64,000 bases of DNA from Camelus ferus (GCF_009834535.1 NC_045707.1:57910001-57974000); one strand, 5' to 3'; shown: positions 51,982-64,000, counted from the stretch's first letter. Numbers and translations: made by a program. Notes: generated from the sequence alone by a model not told the origin.

Positions 51982-52790
51982 CAGTTGACCCTGGAACATG
52001 AGGTTGAACTGCATGGGTCCACTTATATGAAGATTTTTTTCAATAACTATATTGGAATTTTTTTTGGAGATTTACAACAATTTGAAAAAACTCAGACTAA
52101 CCATATAGCCTACAAAAACATTTTTTAAAATAAGAAAAAGACATGTCATGAATGTGTAAAATATATGTAGATACTACTTTATAACTTACTACTATAAAAT
52201 GTACACAAATCTATTATAAAAGGTTAAAATTTATCAAAACTTACCCACACAAACTCTTACAGATCATATACAGTGCCATCGATTACACAAGGCTACCACA
52301 AAGCAGTCATATTTCTGCTTCTTCATTATTGAGACATGAATCCTTTATTATGCCTGTAAATAAATATGCATTTGTTTTTCACATTATCTTTCCGTTTCTG
52401 ATGTCCAGTGTTAGCAATATGTATAACACAGTGTTCTGTATCATATAAGACAATACTGATGTAAGTACTGACAATTTATCTTGTAAACAGACAATGTAAA
52501 CTTATGGTATCAATAAATACAGTACAGTACTGTGAATGTATTTTCTCTTTCTTATGGTTTCCTTAACATTTTCTTTTCTCTAACTTATGTTATTATAAGA
52601 ATACAGTATATAATATGTATAATATATAAAATATGTCAATTGACTGTTTACATTATTGGCAAGGCTTCCAGTCACCAATAGGCTATTAGTAGTTAAGTTT
52701 TGGGGGAGTCAAAAATTATACAGAATTTTTCAACTGCAGCGGGTAAGGGGGTCAGTGCCCCTAACCCCTACATTGTTTAAGGATCAACTG
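51982..52790. mobile_element. Tigger2-family non-autonomous DNA transposon
   Basis: Terminal inverted repeats cagttgaccctggaaca (51982) and tgtttaaggatcaactg (ending 52790) followed by TA; internal 'aggctattagtagttaagtttttggggagtcaaaa'-like Tigger2 signature. Confidence 0.9.
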
Positions 52791-55700
52791 TATTTGATTT
52801 CAGTTGGTCCTTGGAGACCACATTCCTTTTCTCCAGAATAAAAAATGGTAAACAGAGCAGATTAATTTTGGACCCCTTCTCAAACAATGTTCTGTTTAAT
52901 TGCACTAAGGACATCAATACCACATCATTTTTCCTATAACAGTTCCCCCTTTACATGTACAGTGGGGGACTCCAACCTTAAGTTTCCCTTACGACTAGTT
53001 ATGTGCCCTTGGAAAAGTTGATTTACCAGCATGAGATTCAGTTTTTTCATCTATCAGATGAGGATTTTTTTGGAACTGCTTTCACACTTCTAATGATTAG
53101 ATGACATAACAAGCATACAGGACAGGGCACTATCTTTTAAAGCCATCTCTTCTTACACTCTCTCTCCACAAGGCCTCCTGATACTATAGCAAGGCTATAA
53201 GTAGTTATTTTTCTTATTTATGTAAACTGAATTATAAATGCAATTATAAGAGAGCATAGACTGTAACAGAGGGGTGAAAACAGCTTCCACTCAGCCTTGT
53301 GTTTTTGGAGAGCATCCAAGAGCCTTAACATCGGACGGGAGGACATTGTTGAGAAGGAGTGGAGAGAAGGAAAAACCTAGAAAATGAGAAGGTGTGTGAT
53401 TACCTTGATTCTTACACTGAAACATTAAAAGTACTTAGAATTCTTTGTGTTAAGAAAACTGGATATGTATTCCCACCCACTTGCCACCACAAAAAGAACT
53501 TAGAGGCATTCGGCCTGTGCTGACTTGTACCACGCCATTCTGTTTGAACTCTTGTGGAAACATCAACCTTTCATGTAGGAGGAGCCAGTAGGATTTGTTA
53601 ATATGAGAGAGCAAAAGATTCTGCAGGAACTTCTCAAGTGCTTTTAAAGAAAATATTTCAAATTGGGGCTTTCCATTTTGCCATTCATTGGATGTTTATT
53701 CATAAGTATGCAGGAATTATAAAATTTTCTTCAAGTTCTTGTTTAATGCTCCATCAATGCCAGCTCTGAACCTAGAGCTACAGGAATATAAATGTAAAGA
53801 AAATCGAATAATTCCTGAATGTGAAGTAGTTTCCGTGTTGGAGAGAGGAGTTTAAAAAAAAAAAAAAAGTTGCCTTGGTAACTGAAAAGAATTTTTTTTT
53901 AATGTACTATTATTTTCTCCATTTGAAATGGGAAACAGCCACACAAGGAAAAAGTGAAAGTAGAGGAACTGGAAAAACAAAAGTAGGAAAGGATTTATTC
54001 CTCTTAGCACAATGGCTACAGTCAGGCTGAATCACTCTTCCTCTGCATAAACATTCTAGAGTTGTAAGAATAGCCTACCAACCCCAGCTTGAAGGAAAAA
54101 GACAGAAGGTTAACTTCTGTAAAATAAGGAGCTTGCTACCGGTTTCCCATAGCACCTGACCGTGGGGTAACAGTGAATTCAGACACTTTCTAGTGGTTTG
54201 AAAAACAATGTGCTTTTTAAGGTTGAAATCAACTACAGGAATCTATATGAGGCTTCACTACTAGCACGTTTAACAGAAACAATATTTTAAAATTAACAAT
54301 ATTGCTACCAATAGGGCAGCTAAAAGTCCTGAGTTCTTGGACAAACTTTGAGAGTTCAACCTGTCAATTATAGGATGAAGGAATCCCTGTTTTCCAGACT
54401 CAGAGAGATGGAGAATTTAGCCCAAGAGAAAAAGGAAGTTGGCAGGAGGCATGTGTGTAATTGACCCTTTCAGAACTGACCTCTGATTAATGATTTATTC
54501 CCACTCATGTAGGGGCAGCAGCAGCAATGGCCACAGAGCACAGGTCCACTAGTGAACCTGTCAGAATCATGTTTCCTTTCTGGAAGGTGACTGGAACCAA
54601 ACCACTGATACTTCCAACTAAGCAAGCCTCCAGGGGTTCTTAGATTTATCAAAGGAAGGATTAGCCTACAGAGGGAAAAATAAAAGTCACTCTTGAACTG
54701 TTGATTTTAATAATACTTTTAAAATATTTTCTACCCCTGGATTGTTCTAGGATATATTGCAAAGGCTTCATAAATCTCCCATTTCCATTAAACCATTTTG
54801 AGTAGAGCCAGCCAATTACCATGACTTCCAGGTTTGCTGTCTTATAAACCACATCAGCCTCTGTCCCCCATGTCTTATCAGGGACAAGGTGTGGCTTTAT
54901 CCCTTAAGGGGTGTATTTCTACAGCACATTTATCTGAAGGTCTGAGACTCCTACAAGAAAAATATCCTTATATACTGTCCACAGAAAAGGAAAAGAGCAG
55001 TGGCGAATCACTTAAAATATCAAACAGGGGTATAAATCACTCAGTACCTCTTCTCCTTTTTGCTGATGTAAAGTCCATTTCCATGGAAACAGGGATTAGA
55101 AATAGCAACCTATGAGAAACACTGGGTTTATTGGAGCACATGGAAGTTTTAGTTTGATTTTCAGCCAAATCTTGAAAAAGCTAACCTTTGACTAATACCT
55201 ACATGCTATTCTGATCACTTTTGAGAAGCAATATTATGGATTAAGGGGAAATCACTTTTTTCCACTTAAAGATAATTTTTTTAAAAAAAGCACATGCACA
55301 AACTAATTTGAGGATTGGGAGGCACTATAAGATTTGAAAGGCCCTCCTTGGTCATGCTTCCCACAATTTTCTGTCTCTGCTCTACCTAACATAGATGGAT
55401 GACAACAAAATGATAACAATAATCTGCTCTGATTTGCAGATTTAGTTGCAGGTTGGACCCAGGGTTTTTAATTAATATATATCCTTAAGTGTGAAATCTC
55501 CAGACTGTTTTCATTCGCAGACGAAAAAAGTTTGATATAGAAAGACATCAAATAATACTTTATTCTGTAAATCAGATGCCTCCCTGCTTCTTTAAAAAAA
55601 AACAGGAAATGGTAAACTCAGATTCATTCTGGGAGGCAGCATGGTACCCTAGAGTAAGCAGACAATCTGTGGTCAGGAAGGTAAGAGTGTGACTGAAATT

Positions 55701-55824
55701 AAACCCCATAACGTCTGGCAGCTCTCCCCATGCCATTTCTCCCACCTTTATTTGCTCATCCTGCAAGGCCTACTTCAAGACTTCTCTTTTCTCTGAAGCC
55801 AGTCCTCCAGGTTTGCAATATACA

Positions 55825-56250
55825 TTTTTTATGGATTCAGTATTTGCAAATTCACCAACTGGCTAAAATGTATTTGTAACCCCCAAATTAATACTCGTGG
55901 TGCTTCCATGGTCATTTACGACACGTGCAGAGCAGCCATGTTCCCTCTGTGGTCAAACAAGGCAACACTCTACCTATTGTTTCAGCTGTTCTGTTGTAAC
56001 CATGTCCTTTTCATCATCTAATTTAATGCCATGATTCTGGCCTTTTTGTGGGTTTTTTGTTGGTGATTTTGCCATTTAAAATGGCCCCCAAGCACAGTGC
56101 TGAAATGCTGTCTAGTATTCCTAAGTATAAGAAAGCTGTGATGTATAGAGAGGTTGCATGTGTTAAATAATCTCCCTTCAGATGCTACTTGCAGTGCCAT
56201 TGGCTGTGAGGTCAAAGTTCATGAATCAACAAAATATATTAAATAAGGTG
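55825..56250. mobile_element. Tigger-derived MER82-like element, truncated by an LTR
   Basis: 'ggattcagtatttgcaaattcaccaactggctaaaatgtatttgtaacccccaaattaatactc...gtcaaacaaggcaacactct...aaatatattaaataaggtg'. Confidence 0.8.
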
Positions 56251-56757
56251 GAAACCGCAGGCCACAGAGTTATCAGAAGCTGATAACTGATAGAAATCTG
56301 TGAGCTTGTCTTACAGAACAAGAGATAAGGGAACAGCCTGTTAAAACCCCTTTGCTGTAAATTACCTTCATTGATGAAGCTCGCTTTCGTTATCTTTTTT
56401 TTCCCTTTCTTCCTTTTTTCCTCTCTTTAATTGCATACCTTCCTGGCTTCACACAGCCCAGCTGTTTTACAGGAACTTGGAGTCAGCTCCCATCCAGTGC
56501 AAGCCAGCTGAGGCTGGTTGGGACCCCTGAGCCTAGAACTGGGCCTCCACGGGTGTCTGCCGGGTGAATGGCCTTGTGACATCAGAGGACCAGAAAACTT
56601 CACTCTCTGATCACGCTAAGCGCCGCCATCTTGAATATGCAGAAAATGCAACCCAGTTGCTCCTGCACAGAACACCTATTCCCTCACCTTTTCCCTACCT
56701 CCAATCACCTTTCCCCACTCCTAAGACCACTGTGCTTACCCCATAAAAATCCCACCC
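56249..56757 (+). mobile_element. ERV1-type LTR, 3'-truncated
   Basis: Begins TG at the MER82 break; 'gccagctgaggctggttgggaccc...aatggccttgtgacatcagaggaccagaaaact...gcgccgccatcttgaatatg...ccccataaaaatccc' is ERV1 U3-like. Confidence 0.6.
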
Positions 56758-56917
56758 AATGAGACTTGTTGGGCAAAGGGACCTGGTTCAGTGACAATGT
56801 GCCTTTATTTTTTATATTTTTTAATTTGTATGTCTCATATATATATTCAACAGATTACATAATACTGTTTACAGTGGACTTGAGACCTACTAGCTGGTCC
56901 TTGGTGAAGATGTTGGG

Positions 56918-57603
56918 TTTTTTTGTTTTTTCTTTTCTAGCTTAATTTTTATTGAGGTAATACTGATTTATAACATTGTATAAGGTTTGTATGTACATTA
57001 TGTTTCTACTTGTGTATACAATACAGTGTGCTCCCCACCAAAAATTTAGTTTCTGTCCATCATTATACAGTTGATCCCGTTTATCCATTTCACCCTCTCA
57101 CCCCTGCCCACCGCTTACCTTCTGGTAGCTACTACTCTGTTCTCTGTATCTACATGTTTGTTTTTGTTTGCTTTGGTTTGTTCATTTATTTTTGTCTATT
57201 TGTTTTTTGTATTCCCCATATGAGTGAAATCATACCATATTTGTCTTTCTTCATCTGACTTATTTCACTTAGCATAATACCTTCAAAGTCCATCCACGTT
57301 GTCACTAATAGCGAGAATTCATCTTTCTTCATGGCAGAGTAGTAGTCCATTGTATATATATCACATCTTCTTTATCCATTCATCCTTTGATGGACACTTA
57401 GTTTGTTTCCATATCTTGGCTATTGTAAATCATGCTGTGATGAACAGAGCGATGCGTATATCTTTTCAAATTAGTGATATGTTCTTTTATGTTTTATGTT
57501 TTTTTGCTTTTATGTTCTTTGGATAAAATACCTAGGAGTGGGATAGCTGGACCATATGGTAGTTCTGTTCTTAATTTTTTGAGGTGTCTTCATGCTATTT
57601 CCT
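56918..57603 (-). mobile_element. L1 3' end (L1MA/laurasiatherian type)
   Basis: T-rich tail then 'ttttattgaggtaatactgatttataacattg...atgagtgaaatcataccatatttgtctttc...gataaatacctaggagtgggatagctggaccatatggtagttc'. Confidence 0.92.
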
Positions 57604-58264
57604 TAGTCAGAAACCTTAGAGTCTAGCTGTTGCTGTTATACTGTTTAATTCTTTGTTATGTACTTTTTGACAAATAACAACATAATAATAATAATATCAG
57701 CTCTCAGTGATTAAACTCCCACTCTGTGACAGACAAGGAACTGAGAGCTTCACAAACATTACCCCATTTGTGGATGATTCATCTCCCAAATTAGATGGCA
57801 AGCTCCTTTTAGTCAGGGACCTCATCATTTTTTACTGCACAATATTGTCTACCACAGAGACAGGCCCATAGAACTCACTGAAAAATTGTGGTTTTGCTGT
57901 CTTCACTCTGTCACATATTTACTTAGATGAAGATTTTTGAAAAGTGATTTCACCCAAGTAAATTTTCAACTATAGCTAATAATTAAATCCTAACAATTAT
58001 ATTCCTCATCCCTAGCACTTAGTGGGTACTTCCGATTTTTCAAACACTGTTTAGTGCTATATATGCATAGTCTTATTTTATTCATTAGAATATTCTCTAG
58101 AAAAATTGATGATAGAAAGTTTAAGTGACTTTTCAAAGTCATAGCTCCTAAGGGATGAAGTTGGATTTGAATGCAGAGGTTCTTACCCATTTTAAGTATT
58201 TTCCCTCTTAAAATCAAAAACTTTCTTAAATTCCCTATAGAAGACTGGATATCATAATAACAAA

Positions 58265-58500
58265 AACTTAAGTGCTTATTCTGAGCCAAGTGCTGTCTAA
58301 GCAACTTGCATACATCAATTTATTTAAGGCTTACAGTAATCTTATGAAATCAATGGTGTTTTTCTTTTACAGTTATAAAGACACTGATACTTGAATAAAT
58401 GATACTTGCCCCATGTCACCCACCTAGGGACTAAGTAGCAAGACCAGGATTTAAATGCCAAATATTCTGTCTCCAGAACCTGGGATCTTGACCATTTCAC
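58265..58500 (-). mobile_element. MIR SINE (part of an MIR/L2 cluster, 57690-58975)
   Basis: 'agtgcttattctgagccaagtgctgtctaagc...acttgccccatgtcaccca...gaccaggatttaaatgcc'. Confidence 0.75.
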
Positions 58501-60299
58501 AATTCTGCTTTCAACCCACGAGGATACTTTTTCCATCTGTTGATAGATAATGACAAAAGGCAACTGTGAATTTATTAAATAAGTAAGTGAGTTTCTCCCT
58601 TATTAACCATAAAATCAGCCATTGTGTTTGAAAAATAGGAGTAACTGAATGTAAGAGATATGTTGTTTATTCTATGGGCATGTGACCAAACACACTTCTG
58701 GTCCCTCCACCTCTGGCTGAGATGTGCTTCAAACTGAACAGAACCTACCAGACCCAGGATAGCTGACCACAGTTATTGCCACTACACAATTCTGGGGTCA
58801 GGCAGACCCAAGCTGACTCTCAACTCCACCATTTACTAGCTATGGGATATTAGACAACTAAATCATCTTTCTGGGTCTCATTTTTCCACCCCTCTCAAAA
58901 TAATACTATCTGGCTCAATGACTTGCCGTGAGAAATAAGATAAAATATATAAAGAATTTAGCACAATAAATAATAGACAATCAATCAATGTAGGTTCCTT
59001 ACCTCCTGGAAACCCCTACTTCTCTTCCAGTAGAATAGGGCACTTGGAGATCTTGGCCAGCTCAGATCAGAAAAGAGTTCACCCCTTTGAACACTGAGAT
59101 TTGGACTACTATCCACTGTCAATAGCCACATTTCCACAGAAATCATTCCTGTCAAAGTAGAGAAAGCAAGCACTCCTCAGAAAACCAGGACCAGGAGCCC
59201 AAGGAGGTAGCACATTGTGATATGTTAGGCACTAATTCCAGAATTAAGACATTTGAGTTTTAACCCAAAACATAGTTCTGGCTGGCTTTAGAACCTTGTG
59301 TTAACTATGTAATTTACTTGATCATTCTTTTTTCTTTTTTTTTTTTCTCCTAGTCTGAAAAATAGAGTTATTGTAATGATTATTAAACTAATGCTTCTGC
59401 AGTCCTGGGACATGATAGGAGCTCTAGGTAGATGGTCATATTTAGTGACAGTGGCTGTGTGTCTGCCATTGCCTGAGTTCTGTCTGCTTTCATCCTGAAC
59501 ACGGAGGAGGATTCTCCCTTCATCTGCATCCCTCATCCTCTCTCAGGGGGCTTTCAGAACTGTTGGACAGCAGGATGTCCACAGGTGACCCACACTTGAG
59601 GGAAGCTGCACTGTGTTCCCTGGTCCTCACCAGCCATGGGAACTCCGTCTCCTCCTTTTCTTTATTACTCCACTCGCTTCACATCTTCCTCTCTCCAATT
59701 GCATCTACATGCCTCTCCTCCCTTCTCCCAAACTCATGTCTAATTTTTGGCTCTATAGGCAAGTAGCAAAATCTTTCTGTCTCACGCTTAGGCCAGAAGC
59801 TTCTTTGAGTATTTGTTTCTGCTTCCGTTCTAAACCAAGGGTACTGTCAGGTAGCAATGAGAGAGTAAAGAAGAAGATAAATCTACAGGAAACAAATGGA
59901 TACATCCTTCCACACTTATATATGTGCTTATATGTTATGATATACATTATATATTATATATTTGTATAGTTATGAGTATATATGTATTATATTCTACATA
60001 TATTCTTTCATTCAACCACATGTATTCTCTGAAAGCCTGCTATGTACTGACCATAATTCTAGATGCTCGATACAGTCTTCACTTTCAAGGAAATTATAGT
60101 CTAATGAGAACAGGTAGTAATCAAGGAAACAATTTAATGTATTTATTTCTTTATTTGTTGTCTCTCCCACAATAATAAATAACATAGAAAATATATAAAT
60201 TTTTTTATATAAAGATAATATGATGGTGGGTTGACCATTTCTCCCATACGAAAAAATAATTCACACCTTCCATTATATTTGACCTTTTCTGTGTGCTCA

Positions 60300-60975
60300 T
60301 TCTAATGGTGCTTAAAGAATCCAAAGAGTCCAACCAGGAACTGAACTTTCTCCTTAGTGTTAGGAGGTTCAGATGCAATCATCTGTCCCTTACTTTGGAG
60401 GGGATGTCCCAGCATGTCCTACCCACTAGACTTCTAACAATTTCAGTGATGTGGGAACCCCTCTGAATCTTTATAAGATTTACCTTCCATCCTCTGGAAT
60501 GCATGAGTCTCACTAAAGCCTCCAGTGTACTTGCCACTTTTGATTCATCCCGTCTAATTAGTTTGATCATCTAACTGAATTAGTTTGATGTTATCAATAT
60601 GGTGGACCATGAAGATGTTTGGCAGAATGTCTAGATTATCCAGTTCCATTTGGACTATATTAAGAGAAAGGGCGAGAGAGTTAATAAGCCCTGGGAAAAG
60701 ACCATAAATCTATACTATTGTCTGATGCAAGTGAATGTAAACTGTTTCCAGTCCTCCATCCTGATAGGGATGGAATGGAACATTTTCACCAGGTTTATGA
60801 CCAGATATTATGCATCTGAATTTGTGTTACTCTTCCTCACCTGAGACACCATGTCTGGCACAGTAACAGCAATTTAGGCTGCATCTTGGTTGGGTTTACA
60901 GTAATCCACGATTATCTTTCAGGATCCCTCTGGTTTTTGTAGGGGCCAGACTGGTGAATTAAATGGAGACATGAT
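60300..60975 (-). mobile_element. Degenerate ERVL pol relic, reverse transcriptase domain
   Basis: Minus-strand translation across stops and frameshifts: SPFNSPVWPLQKPEGS*KIIVDYCKPNQ...VPDMVS...FHSIPI...KQFTFT...FMVFSQG...VHHIDNIKL (decayed YIDD)...VASTLEALVRLMHSRGWKVNLIKIQ...WDIPSKVRD...PPNTKEKVQFLVGLFGF; colinear with recalled HERV-L/MuERV-L RT. Confidence 0.9.
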
Positions 60976-61369
60976 GGGGAAGACATGATGAAGAAGATGT
61001 CATTCCAAATACGGAACAATGGAAAAGGTCTAGGATAGAAGAAAGGGGGAGAGATTGTGTTTAATTTTACACATATTGATTCTAAGGTACCTTTGAGGAA
61101 TACCAAATTGTCAATTGGATAAACATGTTTAGAGGGCAGAGGCCTGATCTGGGCTGGAGATGAAAATTTGAGTCATTACTTAGAGATATTTATTCAAGAC
61201 ATGGGTATAAGAGAAAAATGTAGACTGAGAAGAGGAGAAAGGCTAGGACCAAGCTTTGAAGAACTCCAACCCTCAGTGACCCACAGAGAAGAATAAGCCT
61301 GCTATTTGGGCTATTCACGTACTGTTTAAGAGACAAAGGTAGAAGAGCACCTTTTAAAACAATTCTAGT

Positions 61370-62040
61370 TGGAACAAACCGGTATCATTGTTTTGTAGTA
61401 TGTCATATCCTAAGAGGGACATTTCACCTTCTATGTTATTCCTGCTCAAAATGCACCACCTGAATCTCATCATGAGGAAACACCAAACTCAAACTGAAGA
61501 ACATTCTACAAAGCACCTGGCCTTTGAAGCCCCTTCAAAGACATCAAAGGCAAGGAAAATAAAGACTGATGAAACTGTTACAAATTAAAGAAATTTAAAG
61601 CCATATGACAAGTATCTCTGATACGTGATACTGGATTGGCTTCTTCACTGGGAGAAAGAGCTACAAAAAACATTTATGAGGCAAATAATGATTGTTTTGG
61701 TGTAGACCATGAATTAAATAACATTATTGCACCGATGCTTAAATATTTGATTTTGAGAATTGTAGTGTGGTTATGTGAAAGAAAGTCCTTGTTCTTAAGA
61801 AACACAATTATTTCAGGGTAAACAGGCACAACATCTCCAATTTACTCTCCATTGTTTCAGAAAAGAATAGATAGATAGATAGATAGATAGATAGATGCAA
61901 TGATAAAGGAAATTGGGTAAAATATAAACAATTGATAAACCTGGGTAAAGTCTATAAGGGAGTTTCTTACACTATTCTTGTAAATCTTCTGTAAGTTTAA
62001 AATTATGTCAAAGTGAAGTTACCCAAAAGATTCTGGAAAA
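61370..62040 (+). mobile_element. L1MC-like 3'UTR fragment containing a (GATA)n repeat (61868-61896)
   Basis: 'ttattcctgctcaaaatgcaccacctgaatctcatcatgaggaaaca...acattctacaaa...ctgggtaaagtctataagggagtttcttacactattcttgtaaatcttctgtaagttt'. Confidence 0.8.
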
Positions 62041-62377
62041 TAAAATATAATATTTTATTAAAAATTAAAAGTAAAATTATTATTAAAAAGTAAAAATAAA
62101 AGAGAAGAAGATAAAAGCAAATCTCAAAAAAAAAAAAAAGAAGACAACCAGAGCAAGGAAAAGGAAATATGAGATTGTTCTGGCCCCAAAACTAAGAGAA
62201 TAAAATATCCCAGGAAAGAGAGTCAACAGCATTAAATCTGCTAAAAGGTCAAGTAAGGTAAGGACTGAAAATATCCTTTAGACCAGGAACACAGACACAT
62301 TAGTGATCATGAGAACTGGTTTGGGTGGAGTTACAAAATGGAAGCGAGAGTAGAAAGGGTTAAGAAGTAAATGAGCC

Positions 62378-63097
62378 ATAATGAGATGTCACTTCATACC
62401 CACTAGGATGGTTAATATCAAAAGGCAAACAATAATATGTGTTAGCAAGGACGCAGAGAAATTGGAACCCTCATACACTGCTAGTGGGATTGTTAAACAG
62501 TGCAGCCACTTTGGAAAACAATTTAGCAGTTACTTCTTAAGAATGTTAATTGTACAGTTACTAGGTGACCTAGTAATTCTACTTTTAGGTTACATACCCA
62601 AAAGAAATGAACACATATGTTCACATAAAAATTTGTACACGGATAGTCCTAGAAACATTATTCATAATAGTGAAAAACAATTCAAATGTCCATCAACTGA
62701 TAATATGGATAAACAAAATGTGATATATCTATGCAACAGAATGCTATTTGGTCAAAAAGGAATGCAGTTCTGATACACAGAACAGTATGGAAGAACCCTG
62801 AAAACATCCTCTCAAACAAAAGACCCCAGGCACAAAAGACCACATATTGTATGCTCCCATTTATATAATATGTCCAAATTAGGCAAATCCATACAAGCAG
62901 AAAGGGTATTAGTAGGAGAGGGGAAAGGGGAGTGACAGCTACATGATAGTGGGTTTCTTTTGGGAGTGATGAAAATATTCCAAAATTGATTGGGATGGTG
63001 GTTGTACAACACCGTGAATATACTATACAGCACTGAATTTTACACTTTAAAAGTGTGCATTTTATGCTGTGTGAATTATATCTTCACAAAGCTGTTT
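62378..63097 (+). mobile_element. L1MB-like 3' end (ORF2 C-terminus and 3'UTR)
   Basis: 'aatgagatgtcacttcatacccactaggatgg...attggaaccctcatacactgctagtggg...gggtttcttttgggagtgatgaaaatattc...gtgaattatatcttcacaaagctg'. Confidence 0.9.
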
Positions 63098-64000
63098 AAT
63101 TCTAAAAGATAATTAATGTTAAGGTCCTTACATTTCTAAATCAATAAATGTTTTTTAAATCTTCTCTTTGCATTAAACCAGGAAAAAGAAGTGTTAAAGA
63201 AATAGAGCTAACTAAATTAGATATCTGTATAACACTTGTCTGTGAAAGGTAGGGGAGATGGGGTTACAATGGAAAGGTAGTGAAAAGTGCCTCTTTGGAT
63301 TTTGAATACAGGAGAGGACATTTAGAACAGTAAACAGCTCTATTTAAACAGGCCCTCAGTGTGAAAATGCGCCTAGTGATATGCGCAATAACTGTATGAT
63401 ATTTTCAATTTTCCAGAGATTGCCTATTTTTTCAAACTAATATTTATATTTTTATCCTTTCCAGCATTAGAAAGTGTGCTAGAACTCAAAAATCTTGAGA
63501 ACCATTGGACCAGTCTTGCTGTGCCCCAGATCTCCCCAGAGATACTGCATTTCGGATCCTGAATCGATCCCAGCACCTAGAACCATAGCACTCTCCAAGG
63601 CCAGTTCTCAGACCCTAGAATTCCAAGTGTCACCAACCCTGGCCTTACCAGTCCTGGTCTTCACCTACTGAGTTAACAGAACTTCATATTCACCTTTGTA
63701 TTACTGCCAGTTATCACTTATGCCATGACTGAAATTGCAGCTTTTACTTCAACCATCTTGATCTCCAGAACAAGATGCCTCAGTTCACAGCGGTTACTGG
63801 GGCAATTCTCCCAGCACAGGAGCATTTATAAGCATTGATCCCATCTCCCACCCTAGTCTCTAGCCTATCTTAGTTAACTGGTTATTCCATGAAGATCCCC
63901 AGGATCTAATTAATGATATTCCTATGCTCACTTACTTAAGCTTAAAAACTCTCTGAAATCTTGGACTCTTCTCTTATTGTTCAGAATCAGTCAGTGAATT

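Noticed and set aside
1..64000. Prokaryote-style systems (CRISPR arrays, operons), rRNA or CpG islands
   Set aside because: None seen; the sequence is CpG-depleted mammalian DNA dominated by eutherian repeats

Overview
This window is AT-rich mammalian non-coding DNA (intergenic or deep intronic), and I recognise no protein-coding gene. The short ORFs in the track are chance ORFs, simple repeats or decayed L1/ERVL pol. Three tRNA-derived SINEs matching the camelid vic-1 type, plus young cetartiodactyl-type L1 3' ends, point to a camelid (alpaca/llama/camel). Much of the window is interspersed repeat: L1, L2, MIR, MaLR/ERVL/ERV1 LTRs, two ERVL pol relics, and Tigger/hAT MER elements. It also holds a 5'-truncated U6 snRNA retrocopy with a target-site duplication. 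Repeat subfamily names come from recalled consensus sequences and need Dfam/RepeatMasker confirmation, and boundaries are approximate unless a TSD or TIR is cited. I found no convincing novel biological system. The best leads are an unexplained ~65-bp dispersed duplication at an L1 breakpoint, several minus-strand exon-like segments (possible unannotated spliced transcript), an RFX X-box cluster, and a dense TF-motif cluster that may be an enhancer.
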